Assembly (NCBI GenBank): GCA_002269645.1
Contig: NIVC01001054.1
Location: 19,412 to 83,411, forward strand
DNA from: Macrostomum lignano
Taxonomy: Eukaryota
Length of the DNA: 64,000 bases
Direction: 5' to 3'
The position numbers and the translations under genes are program-made. Below the pieces are notes generated by a model. The model worked only from the letters and a program-made list of their open reading frames with translations, was not told the DNA's origin and searched no databases. Shown one piece after another: positions 10,672-23,764 of the stretch. How positions within the stretch are numbered: position 1 is the first letter of the stretch; every line of letters starts with the position of its first letter.

Positions 10672-13600
10672 TTAGGAGAAAATCAGATTATGTGGATCGA
10701 TGCTGTGCAGGTATTCGATGTGCCGAAGCACGTCTTTCTTGGTGATGAGGCCCAACAGGCGGCCATTGTGCGTCACCAGCGTCTGGCGGAGGCCCAGCTT
10801 GCGGAACATCTCCAGGACAACCTCCATGGGCGTCTGGTCTGTGACAGTGATGGGCGACTGGGGCGAAAAGGGGGGTTGCATACAGGCTTGTATTCGTCTG
10901 ATTGGTCAATAGAGGCGAAGCTGACCTTGCTACATAGAGTAGGCAAATGATAAAGGCTTCAAAGTTGAAAAGCGACTCCGAGGGTTCTTGAGGTTAACTG
11001 AGGGGCGATTCTTAAGGTTGCTGAGGGGCGATTTTAAGGTTGCTGAGGGGCGATTCTAAGGTTGCTGAGGGGCTCTTCTTAGGGTTACCGAGGGGCGATT
11101 CTTAGGGTTGCTGAGGGGCGATTCTTAGGGTTGCTGAGGGGCGATTCTTAAGGTTGCTGAGGGGCTATTCTTAAGGTTGCTGAGGGGTTATTCTTAAGGT
11201 TGCTGAGGGGCTATTCTTAAGGTTGCTGAGGGGTTATTCTTAAGGTTGCTGAGGGGCTATTCTAAGGTTGCTGAGGGGCGATTTTAAGGTTGCTGAGGGG
11301 CGATTCTAAGGTTGCTGAGGGGCGATTCTTAAGGTTAACTGAGGGGCGATTCTTAAGGTTGCTGAGGGGCGATTCTTAGGGTTGCTGAGGGGCTATTCTT
11401 AAGGTTGCTGAGGGGTTATTCTTAAGGTTGCTGAGGGGCTATTCTAAGGTTGCTGAGGGGCGATTTTAAGGTTGCTGAGGGGCGATTCTAAGGTTGCTGA
11501 GGGGCTCTTCTTAGGGTTACCGAGGGGCGATTCTTAAGGTTGCTGAGGGGCGATTCTTAAGGTTGCTGAGGGGCTATTCTTAAGGTTGCTGAGGGGCTAT
11601 TCTTAAGGTTGCTGAGGGGCTATTCTTAAGGTTGCTGAGGGGCTATTCTTAAGGTTGCTGAGGGGTTATTCTTAAGGTTGCTGAGGGGCTATTCTAAGGT
11701 TGCTGAGGGGCGATTTTAAGGTTGCTGAGGGGCGATTCTAAGGTTGCTGAGGGGCGATTCTTAAGGTTAACTGAGGGGCGATTCTTAAGGTTGCTGAGGG
11801 GCGATTCTTAGGGTTGCTGAGGGGCTATTCTTAAGGTTGCTGAGGGGTTATTCTTAAGGTTGCTGAGGGGCTATTCTAAGGTTGCTGAGGGGCGATTTTA
11901 AGGTTGCTGAGGGGCGATTCTAAGGTTGCTGAGGGGCTCTTCTTAGGGTTACCGAGGGGCGATTCTTAAGGTTGCTGAGGGGCGATTCTTAAGGTTGCTG
12001 AGGGGCTATTCTTAAGGTTGCTGAGGGGCTATTCTTAAGGTTGCTGAGGGGCTATTCTTAAGGTTGCTGAGGGGCGATTCTTAAGGTTGCTGAGGGGCGA
12101 TTCTTAAGGTTGCTGAGGGCGATTCTTGGGGTTTCTGAAGGGCGATTTTTAGATTCTTAAGTAATCAAGTAACGAAAATTCTGGCACTAAGTGAAGAGAC
12201 TTCTGATAGACTTTGATGAAGATCAGATCAGCCAATCGGAGTCTATATGTACAGAATTCCAAAACTGCCAAAGCTCACCAAATCAACGATTCGCCTCAGC
12301 TTCAATGCCGGCGGCTGTCCGTCAGTGGAGGAGGCGCCAGCGTCTGTGTGTCTGGCAGCGACCGCGCCAGCGACCAGGTGCTCGGTGAAGTACACCAGCG
12401 AGTCGCCGACAATGCCGTCCTCGTTTTTGCGAGCGAATTCTGGAAAAATGGAAAATATTTTTCCATTTCTTTGATGTTTGCCGCTAACCTCATCTGATTC
12501 TTTGATGTTTGCCGCTAACCTCATCTGATTCTTTGATGTTTGCCGCTAACCTCATCTGATTCTTTGATGTTTGCCGCTAACCTCATCTGATTCTTCGATG
12601 TTTGCCGCTAACCTCATCTGATTCTTTGATGTTTGCCGCTAACCTCATCTGATTCTTTGATGTTTGCCGCTATACCCTTATCTGATTCTTTGATGTTTGC
12701 CGATATACCCTCATCAGATTCTTTGATGTTTGCCGCTATACCCTAATCTGATTCTTTGATGTTTGCCGCTAACCTCATTGATTCTTTGATGTTTGCCGCT
12801 AACCTCATCTGATTCTTTTATGTTTGCCGCTAACCTCATCAGATTCTTTGATGTTTGCCGCTATACCCTCATCAGATTCTTTGATGTTTGCCGCTTATAA
12901 CTTATTTGATTCTTTGATGATTTCCGCTACTCCTAACTCCCGTGACGTCATCACTCTCTATCACAGCCAACCCAAGTCAATAAACTCCTCACCCAGAGCT
13001 AGCATCAGATCCCGCCTGGTCACGAATCCCAGCAGATAGTGAGAGTCTCGCGACACCACCACGGGATACCCATTGACATCCGACGCGGCCATGAGAGTCT
13101 CTAAGTCTTCCACATTCATGGAGTCCTGATACAGCAGTTGCAGCTGGGCTTCGCCCCGCCTCGGGTGCATGACATCCGCTGCGATGGTGGTGTGCGCGAA
13201 CTCCTCCTTGTTGTCAAGGTACGGGTAGCCATTCAGCCTGATGTGCTCCTCATAGATGCCGCCTTTAGTCAGCCGGTCGCCCACCCACTTGCTAGTCATA
13301 GCTGCGATCATCAGCGGCACAATGTACTGCAGGCCGCCGGTGAGCTCCAGCATGATGGCCACCAGAGACAGCGTCATTCGGGTCACCCCGCCCAAGGCGG
13401 CGGCTGCCCCGATCATGGCGTACAGGCCGCTGTTGATGCAGGGTTGTCCGGCCCGGCAGAACAGGCGGAATGGGAAGCTGTCCATGCGGGAGACGGCCAC
13501 TTGCTCCAGCACGTTGCCAAGGACGCGGCCGGCTATGGCGCCAACGGCCAGGGACGGGATGAACAGGCCTGAGGGCACCTGCGGGTGAGAAGGGGCATTT

Positions 13601-16600
13601 TAAGGGCCATTCTAAAGGACATTTAAGGACCATTGTTCTAGAGGACATTTAAGGGCGATTGTTCTAGAGGACATTTAAGGGCGATTGTTCTAGAGGACAT
13701 TTAAGGTCCATTGTTCTAGGGGACATTTAAGGTCCATTGTTTTAGAGGACATTTAAGGGCGATTGTTCTAGAGGACATTTAAGGTCCATTGTTTTAGAGG
13801 ACATTTAAGGGCGATTGTTCTAGAGGACATTTAAGGGCGATTGTTCTAGAGGACATTTAAGGTCCATTGTTCTAGAGGACATTTAAGGTCCATTGTTCTA
13901 GAGGACATTTAAGGTCCATTGTTCTAAAGGAAATTTACGGTCCATTGTTCTAGAGGACATTTAAGGGCGATTGTTCTAGAGGACATTTAAGGTCCATTGT
14001 TCTAGAGGACATTTAAGGGCGATTGTTCTAGAGGACATTTAAGGTCTATTGTTCTAGAGGACATTTAAGGTCCATTGTTCTAGAGGACATTTAAGGACGA
14101 TTGTTCTAGAGGACATTTAAGGTACATTGTTCTAGAGGACATTTAAGGGCGATTGTTCTAGAGGACATTTAAGGGCGATTATTGCAAAAATTGTACTCGT
14201 AATAAACAATCAATTAAATCACCTTAATACCAAAGGTGAACACGGTAGCCACCATCTTGAACAGGTAGGCCAGCATGAGTTTCCACATGGCGCTGTAGAT
14301 ACCGGGCCCCGCGGGAGCCGAGCCAGAGTAGTCATTCGTACTGTTCCACTTGTAATCGCACAGCTCCGCCTCGTCCTCAGGGCCGCACTTGCTGAACAGC
14401 AGCTTGATCAGGCGGCTGGTGTTCATCCTGGTGTACGTATTCGGAAAGGCTAGCAGCGCCGTCACCAAGGTAACCAGCATGACCTCGGCTATTGGGAATC
14501 TGCCCAGGCGGCCGAATTTCCTTATTCTACAAATCCACACGTTGGCACGAATGAAGCCCGCGCCGAACAGGCCTCCGATAACTCCGAGCAGGATGAACGG
14601 GCCGATCTCGATCACGGACCAGGTGGACCGGTACTCCACATAGAACAGCACCAGGTGATCATTGCCAAACGGATTAACCAGCTTCAGCACCGAGGCTGCC
14701 ACCATGCTGCAGAAGAAGCTGCGCCACAAAGTCTTCAATGGGAAATAGTAGCTGGCCTCTTCAAGGCTGAACAGCACGCCGCCAAGTGGCGCGCCAAAGG
14801 CGATGCTTACACCTGCGGCAGCGGCGGCCGACAGAACCTCCCGCTTCTTGGCCTCGTTGCGGCCGTACTTGGGGAACAGGTAGGCGATGATGTTGCCGCA
14901 GCAGGCCGCCATGTGCACCATGGGGCCCTCCTTGCCCAGGTTCAGGCCGGCTGACACGGCCAGCATGATGCCCACCGACTTAATTAGCAGCGTCCACTTG
15001 CCCAGGTAGCCGCGGATCACAAACCCGGATAGGATGGTCTTCATCTCCGGGATGCCAGAGCCGCAGGCGTACGGAGCGAACACTTTCACTAGCAGGGCGG
15101 CCAGCAGTGCGAACAGCAGGGACCACAGGATGTACAGCAGGTATTTGAATATGTAGGCGCCGAAGTCTTTGTTGCTGTCGCCAACTAGCTCCGCCCAGGT
15201 GTACCACTACCGGAGTGGGGAGGCGCATTAGTAATTATATACTGTGATTTTTCAGTTTGTTTAGAGTGATTCTCAAATGTTCAATGACTCTCAATAGGAT
15301 CAGAGAGAGAAAGTGACTCTTAATAGGATCATAGAGTGACTCTCAATAGGATCAGAGATAAGAGTGACTCTCAATAGGATCATAGAGTGACTCTCAATAG
15401 GATCATAGAGTGACTCTCAATAGGATCATAGAGTGACTCTCAATAGGATCAGAGAGAGAAAGTGACTCTTAATAGGATCATAGAGTGACTCTCAATAGGA
15501 TCAGAGATAAGAGTGACTCTCAATAGGATCATAGAGTGACTCTCAATAGGATCATAGAGTGACTCTCAATAGGATCAGAGATAAGAGTGACTCTCAATAG
15601 GATCAGAGAGTGACTCTCAATAGGATCATAGAGTGACTCTCAATAGGATCAGAGAGTGACTCTCAATAGGATCAGAGATAAGAGTGACTCTCAATAGGAT
15701 CATAGAGTGACTCTCAATAGGATCATAGAGTGACTCTCAATAGGATCATAGAGTGACTCTCAATAGGATCAGAGATAAGAGTGACTCTCAATAGGATCAT
15801 AGAGTGACTCTCAATAGGATCATAGAGTGACTCTCAATAGGATCAGAGATAAGAGTGACTCTCAATAGGATCATAGAGTGACTCTCAATAGGATCATAGA
15901 GTGACTCTCAATAGGATCATAGAGTGACTCTCAATAGGATCATAGAGTGACTCTCAATAGGATCAGAGATAAGAGTGACTCTCAATAGGATCAGAGAGTG
16001 ACTCTCAATAGGATCAGAGAGTGACTCTCAATAGGATCAGAGATAAGAGTGACTCTCAATAGGATCAGAGAGTGACTCTCAATAGGATCAGAGATAAGAG
16101 TGACTCTCAATAAGATCAGAGAGTGACTCTCAATAAGATCAGAGAGTGACTCTCAATAGGATCAGAGATAAGAGTGACTCTCAATAAGATTAGAGAGTGA
16201 CTCTCAATAAGATCACAGAGTGACTCTCAATAGGATCAGAGAGTGAACAGTGACTCCCAACAACCAGTCGCACCTGTCTGCAGGCCTGCTCATCATCAAA
16301 TGTGGTATCGTTAGAAGACCAGCAGCATTGCTCCTTGTTGAACCAGAACGCCTCGGCGCAGATCCCGTCGCGAAGGTCCGACATCCACGTGGTGCCGATG
16401 TCGACAACTCCCGCCACTAGGCCTGGAAATTGCGGAGAAAAAACACACTTTACTACTGAATTACTAGAAGTAGTCTGCAACGCTTCAACGGAGTATTTTC
16501 CGCTCAATTTGCTAAACAATAATGATCAAAGAAAATCTGGTCAAAGGATTTTGCGTCAATTGGGATTTGGAGAGCAAAGACGCTTTCTGTTCCATCCGTT

Positions 16601-19600
16601 AAGCCCTACAAAGTCTTTAATCTGTGTCGTCTGCTCCGTATATTAATCACAGGTGCTAAATAATGGTTATTGACTGAGCCAAGGCAAATTATTTTTAAAC
16701 GCACACTGAAACATTACGCAGGTAGGCTGAGACTCATAAAGAATATTGATTTTGGCGTACAAAAACTTGTGCACTACATCTAGGAGGCTGGCCCAGCAAC
16801 TGATGAGGATCTGGGAGGCTGGACCAACAACTGACACTCTGGGAGGCTGGCCCAGCAACTGATGAGGATTTGGGAGGCTGGCCCAAAAACTGACACTCTG
16901 GGAGGCTGGCCCAGCAACTGATGAGGATTTGGGAGGCTGGCCCAAAAACTGACACTCTGGGAGGCTGGCCCAGCAACTGATGAGGATTTGGGAGGCTGGC
17001 CCAGCAACTGATGAGGATTTGGGAGGCTAGCCCAGCAACTGAGGAGCTGGGAGTCAGTCGGCCTAGGAAGATAGAAGCAACAAGGGGATCAGGGAGGAAA
17101 ACTGCGACACCATTAGGGCGGGAGCTGAAAAAATCTGCAAAAACATGCCATTGAAACTGGAGAACAACCTGCTGGCATCTCATTTCTTTCCATCAGCGCA
17201 GGGTTAAAATATCCATGCAAAAATGCCTACCCGCAGAGTCAGTAAGACAGCTGATTAAACAGCTGCTCCACTAACATCTGAAATATTAGCCTACACAACT
17301 CGCATCTGCACTGGCCGCTGGGATCTACCCAATCCTTTATCGATAATATTGAAGTCCTTTAGCTACCTAAGGTATCTATTCCTAATCTATTATTTATTCT
17401 AATTTGAACTATTTTTATAAACCAAATCCAGCCAACAGTCTACTCTTCGACCACTATACACTTTCATGTATCACTTATCTACTTTGATATCTGATATAAT
17501 CTCATTTGTAGCTCTAATCCTCCCTGCAGTCCCATACTAAACTATCGTGTTATCTACTCTACCTTCCTATCCATCCTCTAATCTACCCTACTCTACCGTA
17601 GTATCATCTACCCTCTGAGCTACCCAGAAGCCTAATTTACTGCCCTATCTACCCCTAATCTACCTTTTAGTCTACTTACCTTCCTATCTACCCCATAATC
17701 TACCCTGCAGTCTACTCTAACTTGCTATCTACCACCTGATCTACCCTGCAGTCCACTCTACCTTCCTATCTACCCCATAATCTACCCCGCAGTCCACTCT
17801 ACCTTCCTATCTACCCCCTAATCTACCCTGCAGTCTACTCTAACTTGCTATCTACCACCTGATCTACCCTGCAGTCCACTCTACCTTCCTATCTACCCCA
17901 TAATCTACCCCGCAGTCCACTCTACCTTCCTATCTACCCCCTAATCTACCCTGCAGTCTACTCTATCTTCCTATCTACCCCCTAATCTACCTTGCAGTCT
18001 ACTCTACCTTCCTATCTACCACCTAATCTACCCTGCAGTCTACTCAAACCTCTGATCGGCACAAAATCTATCCTGCAGTTTACCCTAATCTAATAAAAAT
18101 TTAACATCTACTCCGATTCCACCCCACTTTCCCTCATCCAAATCCGCAGCATCAGTTCTTCATCAACTCACCAGCGGCAACCGCAATCAGTCCAACGCAC
18201 AGCCAGCCAGAAAAGCTGTCGAACAGCGACACCAGCTTGCCGCGACAGCTCAGCTTCATCCGGCGCAGAATCTCTCGGTGCCGCTTGCGGTGCCGGCCGA
18301 TGTCTTTCAGCCAGTCGATGGTCTCGAAGTCGTTATAGTGGCCCTCGGCGAGGCCGGCAGCCTCGTTGGCGTCTATAGGATTAGCGCCGCCTGTGAGAGG
18401 TGTAAACGGATTAGTATTAGGAATACGGATAAAAGGGTTACCATTTTAGATGGGATTTAAATCCTAATGTTTGGGTGGGATTCTAATCCCAATCTTCGGG
18501 TGGGATTCTAATCCCAATCTTTGTGTAGGATTTTAATTCCAATCTTTGTGTGGGATTCTAATCCCAATCTTTGGGTGGGATTCTAATCCCAATCTTTGTG
18601 TAGGAATTTAATCCATATCTTCGGGTGGGATTTTAATCCCAATCTTTGTGTAGGAATTTAATCCCAATCTTTGGGTGGGATTCTAATCCCAATCTTTGTG
18701 TAGGATTTTAATTCCAATCTTTGTGTGGGATTCTAATCCCAATCTTTGTGTAGGATTTTAATTCCAATCTTTGTGTGGGATTCTAATCCCAATCTTTGTG
18801 TAGGATTTTAATTCCAATCTTTGTGTGGGATTCTAATCCCAATCTTTGGGTGGGATTCTAATCCCAATCTTTGTGTAGGAATTTAATCCATATCTTCGGG
18901 TGGGATTTTAATCCCAATCTTTGGGTGGGATTCTAATCCCAATCTTTGTGTAGGAATTTAATCCCAATCTTTGGGTGGGATTCTAATCCCAATCTTTGTG
19001 TAGGAATTTAATCCCAATCTTCGGATGCGATTTTAATCCCAATCATCGGATGCGATTCTAATCCCAACCTACAAGTGGCATTTTAATTCTAATCTGCAGG
19101 TGGGATTCTAATCCCAATTTTCGGGTGAGATTTTAATCCCAATTTTCGGGTGAGATTTTAATCCTAATCTTTGTGTAGGATTTTAATTCCAATCTTTGGG
19201 TGAGAGTCTAATGCCAATCTTTGTGTGGGATTTTAATTCCAATCTTTGTGTGGGATTTTAATTCCAATCTTTGTGTGGGATTTTAATTCCAATCTTTGTG
19301 TGGGATTTTAATTCCAATTTTTGTGTGGGATTTTAATTTTAATCATTGTGTGGGATTTTAATTCCAATCTTTGGGTGGGATTCTAATCCCAATTCTCAAG
19401 TGGGATTCTAAACCCCATTTAGGGGTGAGATTCTAATCCCAATCTTCGGATATGATTTTTTCCACATCATTATATATGATCTTCCTTGTTAAATGCTTGC
19501 TTATACCAAGTGAATTTTGAAGATAGCAACATGAAAAACCAGGCCTATAGAGACGGTTTGAACTGCGCCAAACAGAACGCGAACGCATGCCTGTATAGAC

Positions 19601-22600
19601 AAGGCTTGAATAACACAGATTTTTATGAATAAATTAGCATGGGCCAAGTTACAGGCCTAACAGCTAAATTACACGGGCCTGTTTAAGTGTACTAATTTTA
19701 TCATCACAAATAGCAGCAACCTGCCTGTCTATCTGCACAGTGACTGGTTAGTCAGCTAGGGCCAAGGTAAAAAGGACCGCAAATTTGTAACGAACGGAAT
19801 CTTGGAAGACTTATATATGAAAATGCAAGTAGCCCTTACACTAACTAAACCTGCCGATGGCTTTATGCGTTTATAAGGCTTCAATTCTATAACGCTTGAA
19901 TAGCGCTTTTAACCAGATTAAATAAAATAAATGTCACTGCGGAATAACAAGTGAGTCCACTTTCATAGGTCAAGGGCACCCATTGAGGACAAAATAGTGC
20001 AATTTGGAGATGAGAATGGCGCCAAATTGTGGGAAATGAGAATGGCGCCAAATTGTGGGAAATAAGAATGGCGCCAAATTGTGGGAGATTAGAATGGCGC
20101 CAAATTATAGATGAGAATGGTGCCAAATTGTGGAAGATGAGAATGGCGCCAAATTGTTGGAAATGAGAATGGCGCCAAATTGTGGGAGATGAGAATGGCG
20201 CAAAATTGTGGGAGATGAGAATGGCGCCAAATTGTGGGAAACGAGAATGGCGCTAAATTTTTGGAAATGAGAATGGCGCTAAATTTTTGGAAATGAGAAT
20301 GGTGCCAAATTGTGGGAGGTGTAAATGGCACCAAATTGTTGAAAATGAGAATGGCGCCAAATTGTGGGAGGTGTAAATGGCACCAAATTTTTGGAAATGA
20401 GAATGGCGCCAAATTGTTGGAGATAAGAATGGCGCCAAATTGTTGGAGATGAGAATGGCGCCAAATTGTTGGAGATGAGAATGGCGCCAAATTGTTGGAG
20501 ATGAGAATGGCGCCAAATTGTGGGAGATGAGAATGGCGCCAAATTGTTGGAGATGAGAATGGCGCCAAATTGTTGGAGATGAGAATGGCGCCAAATTGTT
20601 GGAGATGAGAATGGCGCCAAATTGTTGGAGACGAGATTGGCGCCAAATTGTGGGAGACGAGATTGGCGCCAAATTGTTGGAGACGAGAATGGCGCCCAAT
20701 TGTGGGAGACGAGATTGGCGCCAAATTGTTGTAGACGAGAATGGCGCCAAACTAATGTAAGTTTAGAATGGCAAGTTATGATAGATAAAGATGAATAAAT
20801 CTATACCATTTTTCCGACACTTCGACAGGCGACATCGCAGCGGTATGGAAAAATTAAATTGGTCCAATGACGCAATATCGTCTGAAATACTGGGGCCGAC
20901 ATTGACCGGTGAGCTGTCCGTCAGTTCGAACGGATTATCAAAGGGCTTGCTATCAGTAGCCTGAGCTTCATCAGACATAATTGATAATAGACTATAAATT
21001 TGTGTGTCGTATGTCCGTCAGTGAGATCCAACTGTGCCCATTCCTCAGTTTAGGAACAGTAGAATTTATTATTTCACACCGCACAACCAGCCCGACCAAT
21101 GCTAGAGAAGATGACGCTCTTCAGACACAGAGCCAATCAGGATCAAACTCTTTGATAAACAAATATTTTCATGCCTGCATCGTATTACTTGAGGGAGTAG
21201 TGTCAGTATTTTGTGTGAACTCAGTGAGGTTCTGGGAGAATTCAGTAAGGATCTGGCCAGCTGTAGGAATTTATTGAGGATTTGGGAAATTCAATAAGGA
21301 TCTGGGAGAATTCAATGAGGATCTGGGAGTATTCAGTGAGGATCTGGGAGAATTCAGTAAGGATCTGGGAGAATTCATAGATAGAGGATCTGGGAGAATT
21401 CAGTGAGGATCTGGAAGAATTCAATGAAGATCTGGGGGGAATTCAGTGAGGATCTGGGAGTATTCGTTGAGGATCTGGGAGAATTCATTGAGGATCTAGG
21501 AGAATTCAATGAGGATCTGGGAGTATTCGTTGAGGATCTGGGAGAACTCAATGAGGATCTGGGAGAATTCAGTGATGATCTGGGGGAATTCAGTGAGGAT
21601 CTGGGGGAATTCAGTGAGGATCTGGGAGAATTCAGTGATGATCTGGGGGAATTCAGTGAGGATCTGGGGGGAATTCAGGAAGGATCTGGGAGAATTCAGT
21701 AAGGATCTGGGAGAATTCATATATAGAGGATCTGGGAGAATTCAGTGAGGATCTGGGAGAATTCAGTGATGATCTGGGGGAATTCAGTGAGGATCTGGGG
21801 GAATTCAGGAAGGATCTGGGAGAATTCAGTAAGGATCTGGGAGAATTCATAGATAGAGGATCTGGGAGAATTCAGTGAGGATCTGGGAGAATTCAGTGAT
21901 GATCTGGGGGAATTCAGTGAGGATTTGGGGGAATTCAGGAAGGATCTGGGAGAATTCAGTAAGGATCTGGGAGAATTCATAGATAGAGGATCTGGGAGAA
22001 TTCAGTGAGGATCTGGGAGACTTCAGTGAGGATCTGGGAGAATTCAGTGAGGATCTGGGAGAATTCAATGAGGATCTGGGAGAATTCGTTGAGGATCTGG
22101 GAGAATTCAATGAGGATCTGGGAGAATTCAATGAGGATCTGGGAGAATTCGTTGAGGATCTGGGAGAATTCAGTGATGATCTGGGGGAATTCAGTGAGGA
22201 TCTGGGAGAATTCAATGAGGACCTGATCTGGGAGAATTCTGAGGACTAGGACAGTGCTCAGAACTTACCCAGATCCACAAAGTCGTCCCCGCCGCTGCTG
22301 GACCTCCTGCGGCCGCCGCCAAGATTTCCCATAGCAGTGGCGGTCTCGCGCCGGTGCTGCGACAGAGCCGCAGATTGGGCCCCGAACGGGTCACGAAATG
22401 GATTATCCTGACCGGGCGTCAGGTCGATCATTTCCTCGTCTGAAGCGCCGAGAGGACCGCCTGAAGCTGCTGGTGCGCCGGCGACAGCCGTGGAAGAAGC
22501 TTCGCTGAATGCGCTGTAGTTGCCTCCGCCTGAGGGTTTGGTGCCGAATTCTGATTGGGTGGCTGCGTGCGTTTCGCAACTGGGATTGGGGATCCAAAAT

Positions 22601-23764
22601 TTGGGAACCGAGATTGGGGGTGTGGGATTGGGATCTGGGATCGGGGATCTAGGATCGGGGATCTAGGATCGGGGATCTAGGATCGGGGATCTAGGATCGG
22701 GGATCTAGGATCGGGGATCTAGGATCGGGGATCTAGGATCGGGGATCTAGGATCGGGGATCTAGGATCGGGGATCTAGGATCGGGGATCTAGGATCGGGG
22801 ATCTAGGATCGGGGATCTAGGATCGGGGATCTAGGATCGGGGATCTAGGATCGGGGATCTAGGATCGGGGATCTGGGATTAAGGATCCAAAATTTGGGAT
22901 TTGGGAACCAGGATTGGGGATCTGAGATTTGGAATCCAGGATTGAGGATCTGGGATCGGGGATCTTGGATCGGGGATCTAGGATTCTGGATCTGGGATTT
23001 GGGAATCCTGGATTAGGGATCTGGGATCGGAGATTGGGGATCTAGGATCGGGTATCTGGGATCGGGGATCCGGGATCGGGGATCCGGGATCGGGGATCCG
23101 GGATCGGGGATCCGGGATCGGGGATCCGGGATCGGGGATCCGGGATCGGGGATCCGGGATCGGGGATCCGGGATCGGGGATCCGGGATCGGGGATCCGGG
23201 ATCGGGGATCCGGGATCGGGGATACGGGATCGGGGATCCGGGATCGGGGATCCGGGATCGGGGACCCGGGATCGGGGATCCGGGATCGGGGATCTAGGAT
23301 CGGGTATCTGGGATCGGGGATCCGGGATTGGGGATCCGGGATTGGGAAACTGGGGTTGGGGAACCGGGATTGGGGATCGGAGATTGGGGATCTGGGATTG
23401 GGGATCTGGGACTGGCAAACTGGGATTGGGGATCTGGGACTGGCAAACTGGGATTGGGGATCTGAGAATTGGGATCTAGAATTGGAATTGAAGATTCGAG
23501 AAGCTGGTGCTGCTCACCTGGTTTAGACTGATGCTGATTTCTATTGACGCCAGACACAAGCGAAGTGACAGGCAAGCTTGCAGGATGAATGGCTCCAGAA
23601 GGCTGGTGCAAGCTGTCCAGCTGACCCTGGCTGGCACCAGAGGTTGGCGGAGCACCCCGCAAGAAATGCACTAGGGCGTCTGTCTCTTTTGAGCTGCTGT
23701 CCTCTGTTGCTACAGCATTAGAGGATTGAGAATTAGGCGGTGGTGGGCCCGATGACAAAGACAT
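10672..23764 (-). CDS. CLCN3: ClC-3/4/5-subfamily Cl-/H+ exchanger; isoform A about 937 aa, isoform B about 818 aa
   Basis: Shared exons 18390-18172, 16422-16274, 15206-14223, 13578-12993, 12439-12279, 10857-10672. First exons are A (23764-23518 plus 22550-22269, acceptor possibly 22562) or B (20978-20807). Motifs [14 protein letters not shown] (gating Glu), LFSLEE (proton Glu), [15 protein letters not shown] and two CBS domains ending [11 protein letters not shown]. The symbol stands for the CLCN3/4/5 co-orthologue. Confidence 0.95.
10980..12155. repeat. 22-23-bp minisatellite, last ClC intron
   Basis: Unit GGTTGCTGAGGGGCGATTCTTAA. Confidence 0.95.
12465..12925. repeat. 31-bp minisatellite, ClC intron
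   Basis: Unit TTTGATGTTTGCCGCTAACCTCATCTGATTC. Confidence 0.95.
13600..14180. repeat. 26-bp minisatellite, ClC intron
   Basis: Unit GACATTTAAGGGCGATTGTTCTAGAG. Confidence 0.95.
15265..16250. repeat. 23/28-bp minisatellite, ClC intron
   Basis: Units GAGTGACTCTCAATAGGATCATA and GAGTGACTCTCAATAGGATCAGAGATAA. Confidence 0.95.
16780..17045 (-). repeat. 28-30-bp minisatellite, same family as 55985-56790
   Basis: Minus-strand unit CAGATCCTCATCAGTTGCTGGGCCAGCCTCC plus variant CCCAGAGTGTCAGTT. Confidence 0.9.
17560..18070. repeat. About 40-bp CT-rich minisatellite, ClC intron
   Basis: Unit approximately CTACCCTGCAGTCTACTCTACCTTCCTATCTACCCCCTAAT. Confidence 0.85.
18455..19450. repeat. 25-bp minisatellite with an internal hairpin, ClC intron
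   Basis: Unit GGGATTCTAATCCCAATCTTTGGGT (GGGATT/AATCCC inverted). Confidence 0.95.
20000..20750. repeat. 26-bp minisatellite, ClC intron
   Basis: Unit GAGAATGGCGCCAAATTGTGGGAGAT. Confidence 0.95.
21090..21140 (-). promoter_or_regulatory. Candidate internal promoter for ClC isoform B
   Basis: Two CCAAT boxes (21096-21100, 21133-21137) flank a TGACG CRE half-site (21112-21116), about 120-160 bp upstream of the isoform-B ATG. Confidence 0.4.
21225..22245. repeat. 21-bp minisatellite, ClC intron
   Basis: Unit GAGGATCTGGGAGAATTCAGT. Confidence 0.95.
22580..23485. repeat. 14-bp G-rich minisatellite, ClC intron
   Basis: Units GGATCGGGGATCTA and GGGATCGGGGATCC. Confidence 0.95.

Noticed and set aside
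16795-17020. Repeated CTGATGAG suggesting hammerhead ribozymes
   Set aside because: No stem II followed by GAAA and no stem I/III pairing; it is just part of the repeat unit.
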